Shown here piece after piece: positions 40,209-52,002 of a stretch of DNA of 58,411 nt. The position numbers and the translations under genes were made by a program. Every line of letters begins with the position of its first letter. Position 1 is the first letter of the stretch. The stretch covers positions 1 through 58,411 of IMG/VR virus record IMGVR_UViG_3300034072_001300; one strand, written 5' to 3'. The stretch is from a virus (Duplodnaviria > Caudoviricetes). The notes beneath the pieces are model-generated. The model searched no databases. It was not told the DNA's origin and saw nothing but the letters and a program-made list of their open reading frames with translations.

Positions 40209-40916
40209 ATGTCAACATTTAGGGAATGGTTACGAGAAGCAGAGATTAACGAAGTCAAAAAATACGATAAAGTTGTGAAATTTATAGATAAAATAAAAAA
40301 TATCTCTGTTAAAAATTTTTTATTTCAAAGACTAAGACTAAAAGATAAACCAACAATGGGTTATAAAGGTGGATATGGAGACACATATATTATTAAAAAT
40401 GGAAAAAGAGAAAATTCTATAGATTTTATACATTATTATAATGGTGTGAAATTAACGTCTGGTTATATACAGATACTTTTTATTAGTGGTAAAAATGTTA
40501 TTGTTTTTGGTTCACAGGGAAGTACAGACTATGAATTTTTAAGAGCAACAGATAAAGAAAGTTTGAAGAACGCCATAAGTGATTTACAAATAGTTGGTAA
40601 AATATTATTAGTTTTAGGCACACAAGAAATTAAAACTTATGAAGGTTTTGTTAATAATGCATTAGATGAATTGAATACCAATTTAAACTCTAAAAAAGAG
40701 AAAAAAGTTGTTTTTGAAGAATGTGTTGAATATATGTATAACGCAATAAAAGCTAGAAAGACTAACAAATTATCTTTTCAAATATCTGAATCTGATGTTA
40801 GAAATTATTTAGATGAGTACGATGGATTAACAAGGGTTAAAACACTTGATGAATTTAAGAATAAAGTAAAAGATATAGATTATTATATTATGAGAATTGT
40901 AAATACAGATATGTAA
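40209..40916 (+). CDS. hypothetical, putative internal head protein
   Basis: leader MSTFREWLREAEINE; late promoter. Confidence 0.6.
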   Translation: MSTFREWLREAEINEVKKYDKVVKFIDKIKNISVKNFLFQRLRLKDKPTMGYKGGYGDTYIIKNGKRENSIDFIHYYNGVKLTSGYIQILFISGKNVIVFGSQGSTDYEFLRATDKESLKNAISDLQIVGKILLVLGTQEIKTYEGFVNNALDELNTNLNSKKEKKVVFEECVEYMYNAIKARKTNKLSFQISESDVRNYLDEYDGLTRVKTLDEFKNKVKDIDYYIMRIVNTDM

Positions 40917-41011
40917 ATTTAAAATAATTAATTTAAAATAATTAATTTAAAGGTATGAAAATTATTTATATAAATTAAATTCTATTTATTAAAAATAAAT
41001 TTATTTTGAAT

Positions 41012-41041
41012 AAAAGCTAGATAGAAATATCTAGCTTTTTT
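41012..41041 (+). terminator. rho-independent terminator
   Basis: aaaagctagat-agaaat-atctagctttttt. Confidence 0.75.
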
Positions 41042-41130
41042 AGTTTAGAAAACAAATTTAAAAAATTTAAAAGATTTTTTGAACTTAAAATTTAAAACAA
41101 GATCTATAACTAAACTTATATCCATTTGCT

Positions 41131-41814
41131 TTTTAAGTTCAAAAATTTCTTTAAATTTTAAAAATTAAAATTTTAATTTATCTTTAAAATGTTTTAGTAT
41201 ATAATTATGTATTTAAAATTAAGGAAAAATATGCCAAAAGCAATAAAAGGGGATTATAATATATCTACTGATTTAAGAACTTTAAATCAAGATGAAATGA
41301 AAAACTATATTTTTATAGATAAAATAGATACATTTGAGTTATATAATAGAATTAATACAGAAATTAAATTGATTAATAATTGCGATTATATTCTTGGTTA
41401 CTACGCACTAAATAATCAATTTAAGAAAGTTGCTAAAATTTATTTTAATAAAATAGATAATTATTATGAAGTTGATACAATTTATGTTTCAAAAGATTTT
41501 AGAGGTTCTGGAATAGCATCTAAATTATATACTTATTTTGCTAAAAATCTAAATTATAGTATCTTAAGTTCTGATATGCAAAGATTTGGAGCAAGAAGAC
41601 TTTGGAGTAAATTATCTAAAAATTCAAATTTAACTATTGATGTTATTGATTTTAATAATAAAGAAATACTTGAGAATAATATAATTATTAATCACGGAAC
41701 AAAAGATGAAGAATTTGATAATGGATTTTGGTCTTATGATAATGATAAGAAAAATATTAGATTTATCTTAAAAAGCTTAAATGCTAAAATTTAAAGAAAT
41801 TTTTGAACTTAAAA
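41131..41814. repeat. perfect 30-bp inverted repeat (41131-41160 / 41785-41814) bracketing a GNAT gene
   Basis: ttttaagttcaaaaatttctttaaatttta and its exact reverse complement. Confidence 0.9.
41231..41794 (+). CDS. GNAT-like acetyltransferase, paralog 4 (leaderless)
   Basis: IYVSKDFRGSGIASKLY, QRFGARRLW; start MPKAIKGDY after AAGGA RBS. Confidence 0.75.
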   Translation: MPKAIKGDYNISTDLRTLNQDEMKNYIFIDKIDTFELYNRINTEIKLINNCDYILGYYALNNQFKKVAKIYFNKIDNYYEVDTIYVSKDFRGSGIASKLYTYFAKNLNYSILSSDMQRFGARRLWSKLSKNSNLTIDVIDFNNKEILENNIIINHGTKDEEFDNGFWSYDNDKKNIRFILKSLNAKI

Positions 41815-41880
41815 TTTAAAAAATTAATTTATCTTTAAACTGTTTTAGTATATAATAAAATAAAAAGCAAAAGGGTAAAT

Positions 41881-43046
41881 ATGAAATACAAATATTTAGA
41901 AATTGGTAATAAACATCTAAATTGTGAAATTAGAAAGGTTATAGAAAAAGAATATTCAAGTTCTAAATTAATTAATTTTATGTCTCACAAGATTAAAAAT
42001 ATTGAACATATTAAAGTTTATTTTAAAAATGAATTACATTTAGTAGTTTCTATAAAAATAGACGAACCATTTGCTACGATTTTAGGTATTTCAAAAGTTT
42101 TAGAAGTAAAGGAATAGATATGTACTTAGAAAATATACCAACCGAGTGTAAAAAATTCGGAATAAATAAATTACTTGTAACAAGGGGCTTAACAATAGAT
42201 TGGAAACATAGAGATACCGAAATTCACTTAAGAACACCTGAATTATTGGATAATATTTCAGAAGATTTTTCAATTTCTGATGTCTATAAATGCCGTTCGC
42301 AACAATTAAGATATATTTATCATATTTCAAGAAGTACAATGAAAAATACAAATCCAAATGAATTAACAAATTCTTTTAGTAATATGAGCATAAATATGCT
42401 TTTTGAACTTGAAGCATCATTTTTTATTGATTTTGAATTAATAAGAAATCATATAGAACTAATACCAAATAATATTTTAAAAGAATCGTTTGTATTTTCA
42501 TTAAATATAAATCAGCGAGAAATAATTAAATATTTTGTGAAGCATAATATTGATATCCCAAAAAGAATAGATAGATTAAATAAAAAAGAACTTTTTAATG
42601 AAATGAATAAAAATATTAGTACTGTTCTATATAAAGAAAATACATTCACAAATGAAGATGAAATTACTTTTTGGATAAGTAATTTTCATTTATATTCATA
42701 TATTGAAGGAAATAATGGATTAAAAAGTATCAAATTCAAATCAGATAAATATCTATCAAAAATAAAAAGATTATAAGGAATAAATATGAATAAAATATTA
42801 AAGTTCGGTGATACATATAGATTTAAAACAAAAGGAATGCATAAATTATTTAATTACGTAAGAGAAGGGGAAGTTCTTTATTATTGGACTGATGCTTTTG
42901 CTGATGTTTCAAATATTAACAATTTGGAAATTGTTAAATCTCAAGATTATAGTGCTTATGAAGCTGATAGAAAATGGTGTGAATATAAAAATAAATTAAA
43001 AATCAAAATAAATAATTGCTTATATAACGAAATATTAAAACTTTAA
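41881..43046 (+). other. three hypothetical early genes (41881, 42120, 42786)
   Basis: promoter 41824-41856, RBSs. Confidence 0.6.
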
Positions 43047-43100
43047 TTTATCTTTAAATTGTTTTAGATATAATAAAATATATAAAATAAAAGGAAATAA

Positions 43101-43670
43101 ATGTCGAAAGCAATTAAAGGAGTATATGAAATTCCAGAAATCTATATGAATGCAATAGAAATCGATAATTTTAAAGAAAAATATGTGTTTCAAGATTATT
43201 TAATTAATTATTTACTATATAAACATAAAACAGATAATAATTGGTGTTTAGGTTATCTTAATGATTCTGAAACATTATTTATTCCTATAGGTCGAATATG
43301 GTTTGATACAGAATATGGTAACAAATTAAATAATTCTTATAGAAATATACACATTGTTGATGAAATAGCAGTAAATAAAGATTATAGATGTTTGGGTGTA
43401 GCAACTAAATTATATACTTATTTTGTTAAAAAACATAATTATACATTAATGAGTTCTTATTTGCAATATTTTGGTTCTAGAAAATTATGGTCTGCACTAT
43501 CAAGAGATAATAATTTAAGCGTTGATATTATAGATATTGAAAATAACAAATTAATTGATAAAAATGCTATTATATATCACGGTGATTTAGATGAAGAATT
43601 TGATAAAAGAGTTTGGTCATATAATTCAGATGCTATAAATATAAGATTAATTCTAAAAGCCAAACTTTAA
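43101..43670 (+). CDS. GNAT-like acetyltransferase, paralog 5 (leaderless)
   Basis: IAVNKDYRCLGVATKLY, QYFGSRKLW, FDKRVWSY. Confidence 0.72.
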   Translation: MSKAIKGVYEIPEIYMNAIEIDNFKEKYVFQDYLINYLLYKHKTDNNWCLGYLNDSETLFIPIGRIWFDTEYGNKLNNSYRNIHIVDEIAVNKDYRCLGVATKLYTYFVKKHNYTLMSSYLQYFGSRKLWSALSRDNNLSVDIIDIENNKLIDKNAIIYHGDLDEEFDKRVWSYNSDAINIRLILKAKL

Positions 43671-43860
43671 TTTATCTTTAATATTCTTTTGTATATAATA
43701 AAATAAAAAGGAAATTAAATGTCATTAGCATCTCATAGAAATTATTTAATAGATGAAATTATTAAGAATAGCAACATCGAAGTCAAAAGAGAATTTTTAA
43801 GAAAATTTAAAGTTCAAATTCTTCAATTAATGCTACAAAATTTAACTGAAAGGGATTCAA

Positions 43861-44235
43861 GTGCCGAAAATGCAGAATATATTATTAAGTCGTGCTAAAG
43901 TTCTAGGAGAAAAAAGATATGTTATTGGGAATTATCTAAAAGAATATTTCCACCCAGTACTTTTAAAAAGATTTCAACACATTATTTTTACTTCAAGTAC
44001 AGAATTTGAAGAAATAGATGAAAAAACATTGGCAATTTGTTTAAATGAATATAATCATTTTTCTTCTTTAAGTTCAATTGGTACTGGTGGGGATATATTT
44101 TTAGATGACGATAATGAGCAAATTGTTAGTATGTTTTATAATGGTCAATTTGAGTTTAGATATATTTACATTAATAAAGTTGGTGCTAGAATTATACCAA
44201 CAGTATTAGATAAAAGCATAGGAATTAAAGAATGA
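43861..44235 (+). CDS. YopX-like hypothetical protein
   Basis: RAK...YVIGNYL...EIDEKTL weak resemblance. Confidence 0.35.
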   Translation: MPKMQNILLSRAKVLGEKRYVIGNYLKEYFHPVLLKRFQHIIFTSSTEFEEIDEKTLAICLNEYNHFSSLSSIGTGGDIFLDDDNEQIVSMFYNGQFEFRYIYINKVGARIIPTVLDKSIGIKE

Positions 44236-46062
44236 AATTAAAAATGATTTGGAATAAAATAAAACCGTTAGATTATCAAAAGAATCCAATTGGTGCATTA
44301 AAATTAGAAATATTCTTTTGGTTGTCATTAATTTATATAACAGCAACATATACTGCATTATTTGAAGCTCTTTATGTATTAGAACTTGTGAATTACTATT
44401 TTCCAAATTGGATAATAATTTTATTAGTTATTATTTCTTGGTGTAGAATTGCAATTAAATTAAATATGTTCATAGAAAAGGATAATAATGAAAATTAGAA
44501 TATGCGCAAGTACTAATATCGTACAAAGTAAATGTGAAACAGATTGGTTTGAAGTTCCAGATGATATAACTGAAGAAGAACTTCAAAATATCGCTCTTGA
44601 AGAAGCTCTTGGAAATGGATTATGTGAAATCTGGTGGGAAATTGAAGGGAAATAGTTTAAATATTTTCAAATTAATAAAATAAAAAGGATTAAAAATGAA
44701 AAAACTAGAAAAATTAAAGAATTTTATATGTAATTATTATGAAGATATTTTTAAAGTTATTGTGTTAATTGGCTTCTTTATATTGGTATATATTGGTTTA
44801 AAAGAATCATATGTATATTTAGCAATTTATACACTGATTATTACAATATATGTAGCATATTCTTATTCTGATGAGCATGCTTTAGGTCTTTTAGTATTTG
44901 CTATTATTATAATACTTATAGCTCATAGTTTCTTTTATATTGCTAAAGACTTCGATAACTATTATGAAACAACATCAGAAAAGAAAATAAAGTTATTAGA
45001 AAAAGGTATCATTCTTTTTGATGATTTAACAACATTGGAAGATAGACAATTATACTATTCTTGTTTAGAATTTAATTGTACACATATAGTTACATCTAAA
45101 TACACTAAAGGGTTTAAGGGTTACAATGATATTTTTAATAAATCACAAACTTCACTAGCACCAATTAAGAAAAATTAGAAATTTTTAATTAATCTTTAAT
45201 ATTCTTTAGTATATAATAAAATAAAAAGGTATAAAATGAACAAAGATGATTTTACTTATTTGGATTATCATAAATTGGTAACAGCTTTAAATAATCCAAA
45301 ATTTTTATTAGAACATATCACGTTAAATGAAATTCAGAAATTTAAAGAAAAAACCGTAATTGAAAAACTTAGAATTGTTAATAATAATCCAAATATGCAA
45401 AGAGCAGCTAGATTAGATTATGAAATAGAAAGAAGAAAATACTTATGAAAGATTATAATATTGAAATTCATGAATTGGTTGCAACAATTGGGAGAGAATT
45501 AATTCATAGTTATGAAAACTATATTAAGAATTTCTTTAAATCTCCTGAAGATATAAGATTAAAATTAAATTGTAAATATAAAAATTGTGATTTGCGATTA
45601 TTAGATCAGTATTTTTATTTAGCTTGTGGTAACTATAATTTACGACAACAGTATCCAGCTTATTTAAAATATTCCAAGAATATTGTTGATAGAAAAGAAC
45701 ATTGTATAATGCAATTAAACAAAAATAATCAAGGAAATGTTATAAGTTTATCTTTTTTCATTGATTCTAAAAATGAAATATCTTTTGATATTTTTGAAGC
45801 AGAATTATCATATTATACAGATAGAGCATCAAATTGGTATAAATTTTATGGTATAAATGGATTTAAGTTAAATAATAATTCACTAAAATTTTCAGAATTT
45901 GAAAAGTATTTTAATGAATTTAAAGATGAATTTAAAGACAAATTAAATTTAGTAATAAAAGAAATTAATAAAGCCAAAATTAATCATATAAAATATTTAC
46001 AAAATTTAGAACAAGATAAAATAAAAGCAAGAGAAAATGAACTAAGGAGTTTTTTAAAGTGA
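44232..46062 (+). other. hypothetical early genes (44232 and 44696 membrane proteins, 45236, 45445)
   Basis: coupled ORFs with hydrophobic segments, RBSs. Confidence 0.6.
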
Positions 46063-46769
46063 AAATTTATGATGATTATGATAAAAACAAATATATAGAA
46101 GATATTGGTGATTATATAATTGCTAAGGGTGGCGATGGTACTCTTATAAGAGCAATTCATATGTTTGATCACTTAAGTAAGCCATTTTTTGGTATTGCTG
46201 CAGGAACTGCAAATTTTATGATGAATGATGAGTCAAAAATTAATTTATTATCAGGAACAACTTTAAAATTTAATTTAATAAAAGTACAAGTATTCACAAA
46301 TGAATGGGTAACTAAATCAGGTGAATCATGGTGTGATTACCAAGAACTTGTTGAAAAATCAGAAATAGTTTATGCATTTAATGATGTGATAATTGGCGAA
46401 TTTAATGCTTGGATTGATTTTCAATGTGAACATAAAGAAAATATTCTTGGTGATTTTAAAGGTGCTGGTTTATTGATTAGTACAGCTCAAGGTAGTACAG
46501 GTGCAAATAAAAATAATAATGGTGTAATTATTCCGTTAAGTTCTAAACATTGGGTTGTTTCAGGCGTTATGACAAATAGAGATATTAGATATGTTATAGA
46601 ACCAAATGAATTAATAGTAAAATGCAAAAGTAGAGGCAATATTAAGATAAATGTTGATGGAACACACTTTGAAAAATCAGGGGTTACTAAAGTAATTATT
46701 TCAAAATCAGATATTGATGTGAATGTTATTTTTAATGATTTGAAAAAATTCCAAGATAAAAGGAAATAA
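46059..46769 (+). CDS. nadK: NAD kinase
   Basis: GGDGT, AGTANF, FND, STAQGSTG, VDG. Confidence 0.85.
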   Translation: MKIYDDYDKNKYIEDIGDYIIAKGGDGTLIRAIHMFDHLSKPFFGIAAGTANFMMNDESKINLLSGTTLKFNLIKVQVFTNEWVTKSGESWCDYQELVEKSEIVYAFNDVIIGEFNAWIDFQCEHKENILGDFKGAGLLISTAQGSTGANKNNNGVIIPLSSKHWVVSGVMTNRDIRYVIEPNELIVKCKSRGNIKINVDGTHFEKSGVTKVIISKSDIDVNVIFNDLKKFQDKRK

Positions 46770-46770
46770 A

Positions 46771-49700
46771 ATGAAATACATTCAAATTATTATAACTTCG
46801 TTTATTATAATATATTTAATTGCGATATTTGGAAGTTGGGTTGTAACATTAGATACACAATATGTGAATATAACAAATTGGAATGAATATGTTAGATTTT
46901 TATATTTGATGTTGAGTATTATTTCCTCAATTATGATGTGTATTATTTATGATTTTAGAAGGGGAATAAATGAAAGAAAATTTAATTGATTATATTAATA
47001 GCAAATTAAAAGCAATAGAAGAACTGTGGTGTATATCTGATAATGATTGGAAAAAGTTACCTGAATCACAAAAGAAAGCATATTACGCAAAGGAAACTGA
47101 GTATTTATCAAAGATTTCAATTGCTGTTAAAGACTCATTTGATAGTGGGAAATATTTTACTATTTGTGAAGAATACGGTAATTTGAAGTCAAAAGAGTTG
47201 GATTTAGTACTAAATATATGTAATGAAAATATTCAAATTGAACGAGGTACTTTTGGAACTCAAGAATACAAATATCACATAATAGAATTTAATCCAAATA
47301 AATTCAAAGAAAATTTATTTGAGTTTTTTGAGAAAACTATTAATTGGTACATTAAAAATGATGGGATTTGTGAATAATGACATTAAGTGCAAAAATAAAA
47401 CAAATTCAAAATAAATATATACTTATAGATGGCTCAGAATTAACTTTTGGTGCAATTATATCTGAATTAGGAAGCTGTGATTACCCAGTTAATGTGAATT
47501 CATGGTCTGAAAATGAATGTGTTTATGAATTAGGCGCATTGGTTCAATATTGGTTAAATGCAAATTGTATAAAGGAAAGAAATGTTAACAAATGAACAAA
47601 TAAAAGAAATTTTACAAGATTTTATTAAAAACTCTAAAGAAAATGAAAGTATATCATTACCTGATATGGTTGGTATTGGCGATTTTTGTGATGTTGTAAA
47701 TGAATTATATTACCCAGTAATTGATAATACTATGGAAGATTATATAGAACCATATATTCAAGTAAGTTATATCGATTTAGATTTTGGGTTACCCTTTAAA
47801 GCAAATGATACAAATTTTCAATTAATTGGAACTTTTAGATATGGATATATGCATTTAACAAATTACGGTAAAATATAATGTTTAAATCTAAAATACAATC
47901 AAATGAATATTACGAAACCTTAAATAAATTTGAACATTATTGTAATAATTATTCAAAACATATAGAGTATTATAATAAAAGAACACAATATATACTAAGT
48001 GTATTACCTAAAGATACATATACTATTAGTTATAATAAAGATAAACTATGTTTTGAATTTAAAGGTATTAAATATAAACAATATGTATCAGAAGAAATAT
48101 TTGATACTTATGATTTATATAAAGATGATGAATTTGTTAGTATTAAAGATAGATTATATCAGTTATATAAACCAGCATTATTGGAATGTTATTATAATGA
48201 TGGGAATACGTATAATTCAATTCAAACAAATAAAATTGTATCAAAATTGTTAAAAACATTATATAATTATAAAATAAATTATAGCAAAATCGCAAAAGGA
48301 GATTAAATGTGTTTTTATAATTCAATCTTTAGAATTTAAAGAAAGATTTGATGAGGTTAGAAAAGATTGAGGTCCAGTACCTATGCTTATTATAAAAAAT
48401 TTTTATTACATAATACAATATTAAAAGGGAATCACAATGGAAATTAGAACATTTATAGATGCTAAAGTAAATAGAGAAAAAGCAGAAAAATACCAAAAAA
48501 TAATTGACGGGAATTATAACATTTTTATTAATGAAAAAGAAGAATATAATTTATTTAATAAAGAAAGATTTAATTGTTTCTTATTAAAAGAACTACAAAT
48601 ACTAAATGATGAATTTGAAAAACTATAAGGATATAAAAATGAGTAAAATAAAATTAAGAAAATCTGGATATAAAATTAAAAATCAATGGGTTAAAGCAAA
48701 TTTTTGTTTAAATTATATTGGATTTAAAATATTTTTGGCGATTTATTTTTTAATGGCAGAATTGGTAAAAAGAAATAAATTACAATGTGCTTTAATTTAG
48801 CTTTAATATTCTTTTGTATATAATTATAATATATAAATTAAAGGATATAAAATGACAAAAGAATTTCAAATAAAATCAGGTATTAATTATTTCATAGTGA
48901 ATATAAAAGATAAAACTGTGCTTTGTGAAAATAATAAATTTAAGCCGTTATACATTAATTTGTTAACAGATGAAAAAGTTCATTTATGCTATAGTTTTAT
49001 TAAAAATGATACAGCTGGTAATTATTTAGAAAGAAATGAAATTTTAATTGATGATTTAGATGATATTTATTTTTTAACATATGAAGAATTATTAAAATTA
49101 ATGCTAGAATTAATTTAAAGAGTATAAAATGAAAGTTTTAAATTTAATAGCAGTAATATTTATTGCTTTTGTTATTGGTACTGAATATTACACAGAATAT
49201 ATAAATGAAGATAATTACACACCAGACCCATTTGCAATTATTATACTAGTTATTTTGCTTATATTAAATGTATGTGTCCTTATAAAAAAGGAAGATTAAA
49301 ATGACATTAGAAGATTTAAAAGAAAATATTTGGAATTCAAATTTTAACAAAATACATTACGAAGTCTCATTTGATTTTTATCATCTTAAAGAAACATTAT
49401 ATTACTAGTTAAAGCAACAACCAGTTTTAATTCAAATTACAATATTTTAATAGGAGAGATTATTATGTTTAATACAGATGATATTTTAAGACAATTAAAT
49501 GAACATAAAGCAAATAAAATTAACACATTTTTAGAAATGACTAAAAAACAATTTATAGATGATGTTGAGGGAACTGCAAAAATATATACAAGAGATAAAG
49601 GTCAAAATGGATACACGGTTTGTAAACTAAAAAGTGGAACATATGCTCTTGTGAAAAATGGTGAAATTATTTATAGAAATGATGATGTTCATCTTTGTAA

Positions 49701-49773
49701 GGTTGAATTTATAGTTAAGACAAAATTAAGTTTAGATAATTCAGAATTATTTCAATTCATAAATAAATTATAA
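46771..49773 (+). other. block of small hypothetical early genes
   Basis: 46771, 46970, 47377, 47582, 47878, 48437, 48852, 49465 co-oriented and coupled. Confidence 0.6.
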
Positions 49774-49782
49774 AGGAACAAA

Positions 49783-50100
49783 ATGAGAATAATTGAAGCT
49801 TATATTAGTACAACAGGTAATCTTTATTTAGATAAAGAAAGTTGTGCAGCGGAAGATGGATTGGTAAAATGCAAAATTTGTTCTGGAAAAGGACAGGAAA
49901 AATATGAGCATATTGAAATTATTCCATACCCAAGTGGTCGACCTGATAGTGGTTGGGTTGAACCTAAAAGAATTATTACACCAAAAACTAGAGAATGTAC
50001 TAGATGTCTTGGTTTAGGTTATGTTCAAGAAAATATTGAAGATAATGAAGAATATCAAAAATATTTAGAACTTAAAAATAAATTCAAAAATAAGGAATAA
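49783..50100 (+). CDS. DnaJ-type zinc-finger protein
   Basis: CKICSGKG and CTRCLGLG. Confidence 0.65.
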   Translation: MRIIEAYISTTGNLYLDKESCAAEDGLVKCKICSGKGQEKYEHIEIIPYPSGRPDSGWVEPKRIITPKTRECTRCLGLGYVQENIEDNEEYQKYLELKNKFKNKE

Positions 50101-50101
50101 A

Positions 50102-51103
50102 ATGAGTTATAGAGCCTGTGAAGTGTGTGGAAAAAATGATTTAGAAACACACGTATTTACATCAACAATTGGTGCAATGAGCTATAATTATTGTAAATGT
50201 TGTTTATCAATGTCTGCTGAACCATCTGGGTTAGAGAATTTAGTTGGAACATATATAACATATGATAAATTAAGTGATTCTTACAGATATGGATTAGTGA
50301 TAGTTCCTATTAAATTAAAAAGTGGTTCAGAATTTAAAACAAGAACTGAATTTGTTAATTTAATTATGTAATAGAAAATAATTTAAAATAAGGTAAAAAA
50401 TGCAATTAACACGTAAAATATATGAATTTCATAAAGAAAAAAGTAAATCAAAAGATTTTCATAATAATGGTGATGCAAAAATCTTCTTATCTATGATGCC
50501 TGTTGAGCCATATGCAGAAATAAGATACATTTTCACCGGTATTATTAGAGTAGATTTTAAAGTTAGTTACATTGATAATGGGAAAACAATTACATTAAAT
50601 TTTAGAAAAGATTTTGAAACAGAAGATGTTAATAGATTTGAATTATCTGATTATGCTTTAGATACAATTGGTGCAGATATTTATAAGAATTATGATTTAA
50701 CAATAAAATGTGATATTTCTCAAGAATTTAAAATGCTTGGTTATTATGGTGATTTGAACCAAGAATTTCCTTGGAAAGAATATAAAACTTTACAAACAGG
50801 ATTTTGGCTTTTAGATTTTAAAAAATTTGAAGAAATAGATAAAAAATTATGCGAGTTCACGAAAGGAATAAAATGAAATTAAAAGATTATTTAGAAAATA
50901 TTAATAAAATGGTTCAAAATAACCCTGAAATTTTAGAATTAGATGTTATTTATGCAAAAGATGATGAAGGAAATTATTATGATTTTGTGACATTCATACC
51001 AACAATTGGACATTTTGGATGGGCTAATTGTGACTTTATCAATGAATTGCAATTTGATGAATTTAATGAAAATCTTGAAACAAATGCAATTTGTATTAAT
51101 TAA
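50102..51103 (+). other. hypothetical genes 50102 (CxxC pairs), 50400, 50873
   Basis: RBS-led ORFs. Confidence 0.6.
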
Positions 51104-51171
51104 TTTTGAATTTTAATTTATATTTTATATTCTTTATAATATAATATAACTAATTTAAAAAAAGGTTATAA

Positions 51172-51849
51172 ATGAATTCAAATAAAAATTTATCAGTATT
51201 AACAAATTTTGGGTGTCCGTATAGTTGTGTTTTCTGTATATCAGATTCTCAAAAAACAAAAAATGATTTTAAATTTAAGTTAAGTGATGCCAGGAATATT
51301 AAAAAACTATTAATAACTGGTAAATATGAAAGATTATCTATATCAGGTGGTGGAGACCCATTGTATTCTCATAGTGATATTAGTAATAATATTGAATTAT
51401 TCTATAGATATATTGTTAATTTAACAAATGAATATAATATACATTTAAGTATACATACAAATTATAAAAAACCAACAAAAATATGTAATTTATTTGATAA
51501 TTTTGTTATTAGTATTCATAAAGATGATTATTTACATAAGTTTCATTATTGGTTTGACCAAGTTTGGGATTCTAAATATAATTTAAGATTTACATATATA
51601 ATTGGTTATAACAACAATGATTTAGAAATAATTAAAGATATTATCAAATATCTTCCCAAAGATGCTAGATTAACATTAAAGCAATTAGATTTAAAAGATA
51701 TTGGTGAAATAGAAGATTTTAATGAAATTATGAAATTGATAAAAGATTATAAAAATATTCAGTTTTTACAGAGTGGTGATTATAATACTTATTATAATTT
51801 AAAAGATGGTAAAATATATACTAAATTTAAAGATATAGAATGGAGATAA
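51172..51849 (+). CDS. radical SAM protein
   Basis: GCPYSCVFC, ISGGGDP, IHTN. Confidence 0.85.
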   Translation: MNSNKNLSVLTNFGCPYSCVFCISDSQKTKNDFKFKLSDARNIKKLLITGKYERLSISGGGDPLYSHSDISNNIELFYRYIVNLTNEYNIHLSIHTNYKKPTKICNLFDNFVISIHKDDYLHKFHYWFDQVWDSKYNLRFTYIIGYNNNDLEIIKDIIKYLPKDARLTLKQLDLKDIGEIEDFNEIMKLIKDYKNIQFLQSGDYNTYYNLKDGKIYTKFKDIEWR

Positions 51850-52002
51850 AATGAAAAAAGTATATCAAGTCGAAATTAAAATTGCGTTTAAAGACCCTTA
51901 TCATTATGGTTTATTTTCTAGTAAGAAGAAAGCTAAAAAGTATATTTCTGAACAAGAAAATCCAGAGCTGTACAGTATTCAAGAATTAAAAGTAAATTAA
52001 AA

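Noticed and set aside
267-48325. Short antisense or nested ORFs (267, 4494, 5530, 9150, 14805, 15151, 16828, 22473, 24511, 24939, 27563, 28212, 29954, 31438, 32212, 37357, 37768, 38310, 42100, 44206, 45984, 47999, 48143)
   Set aside because: Overlap well-supported genes and show shadow composition
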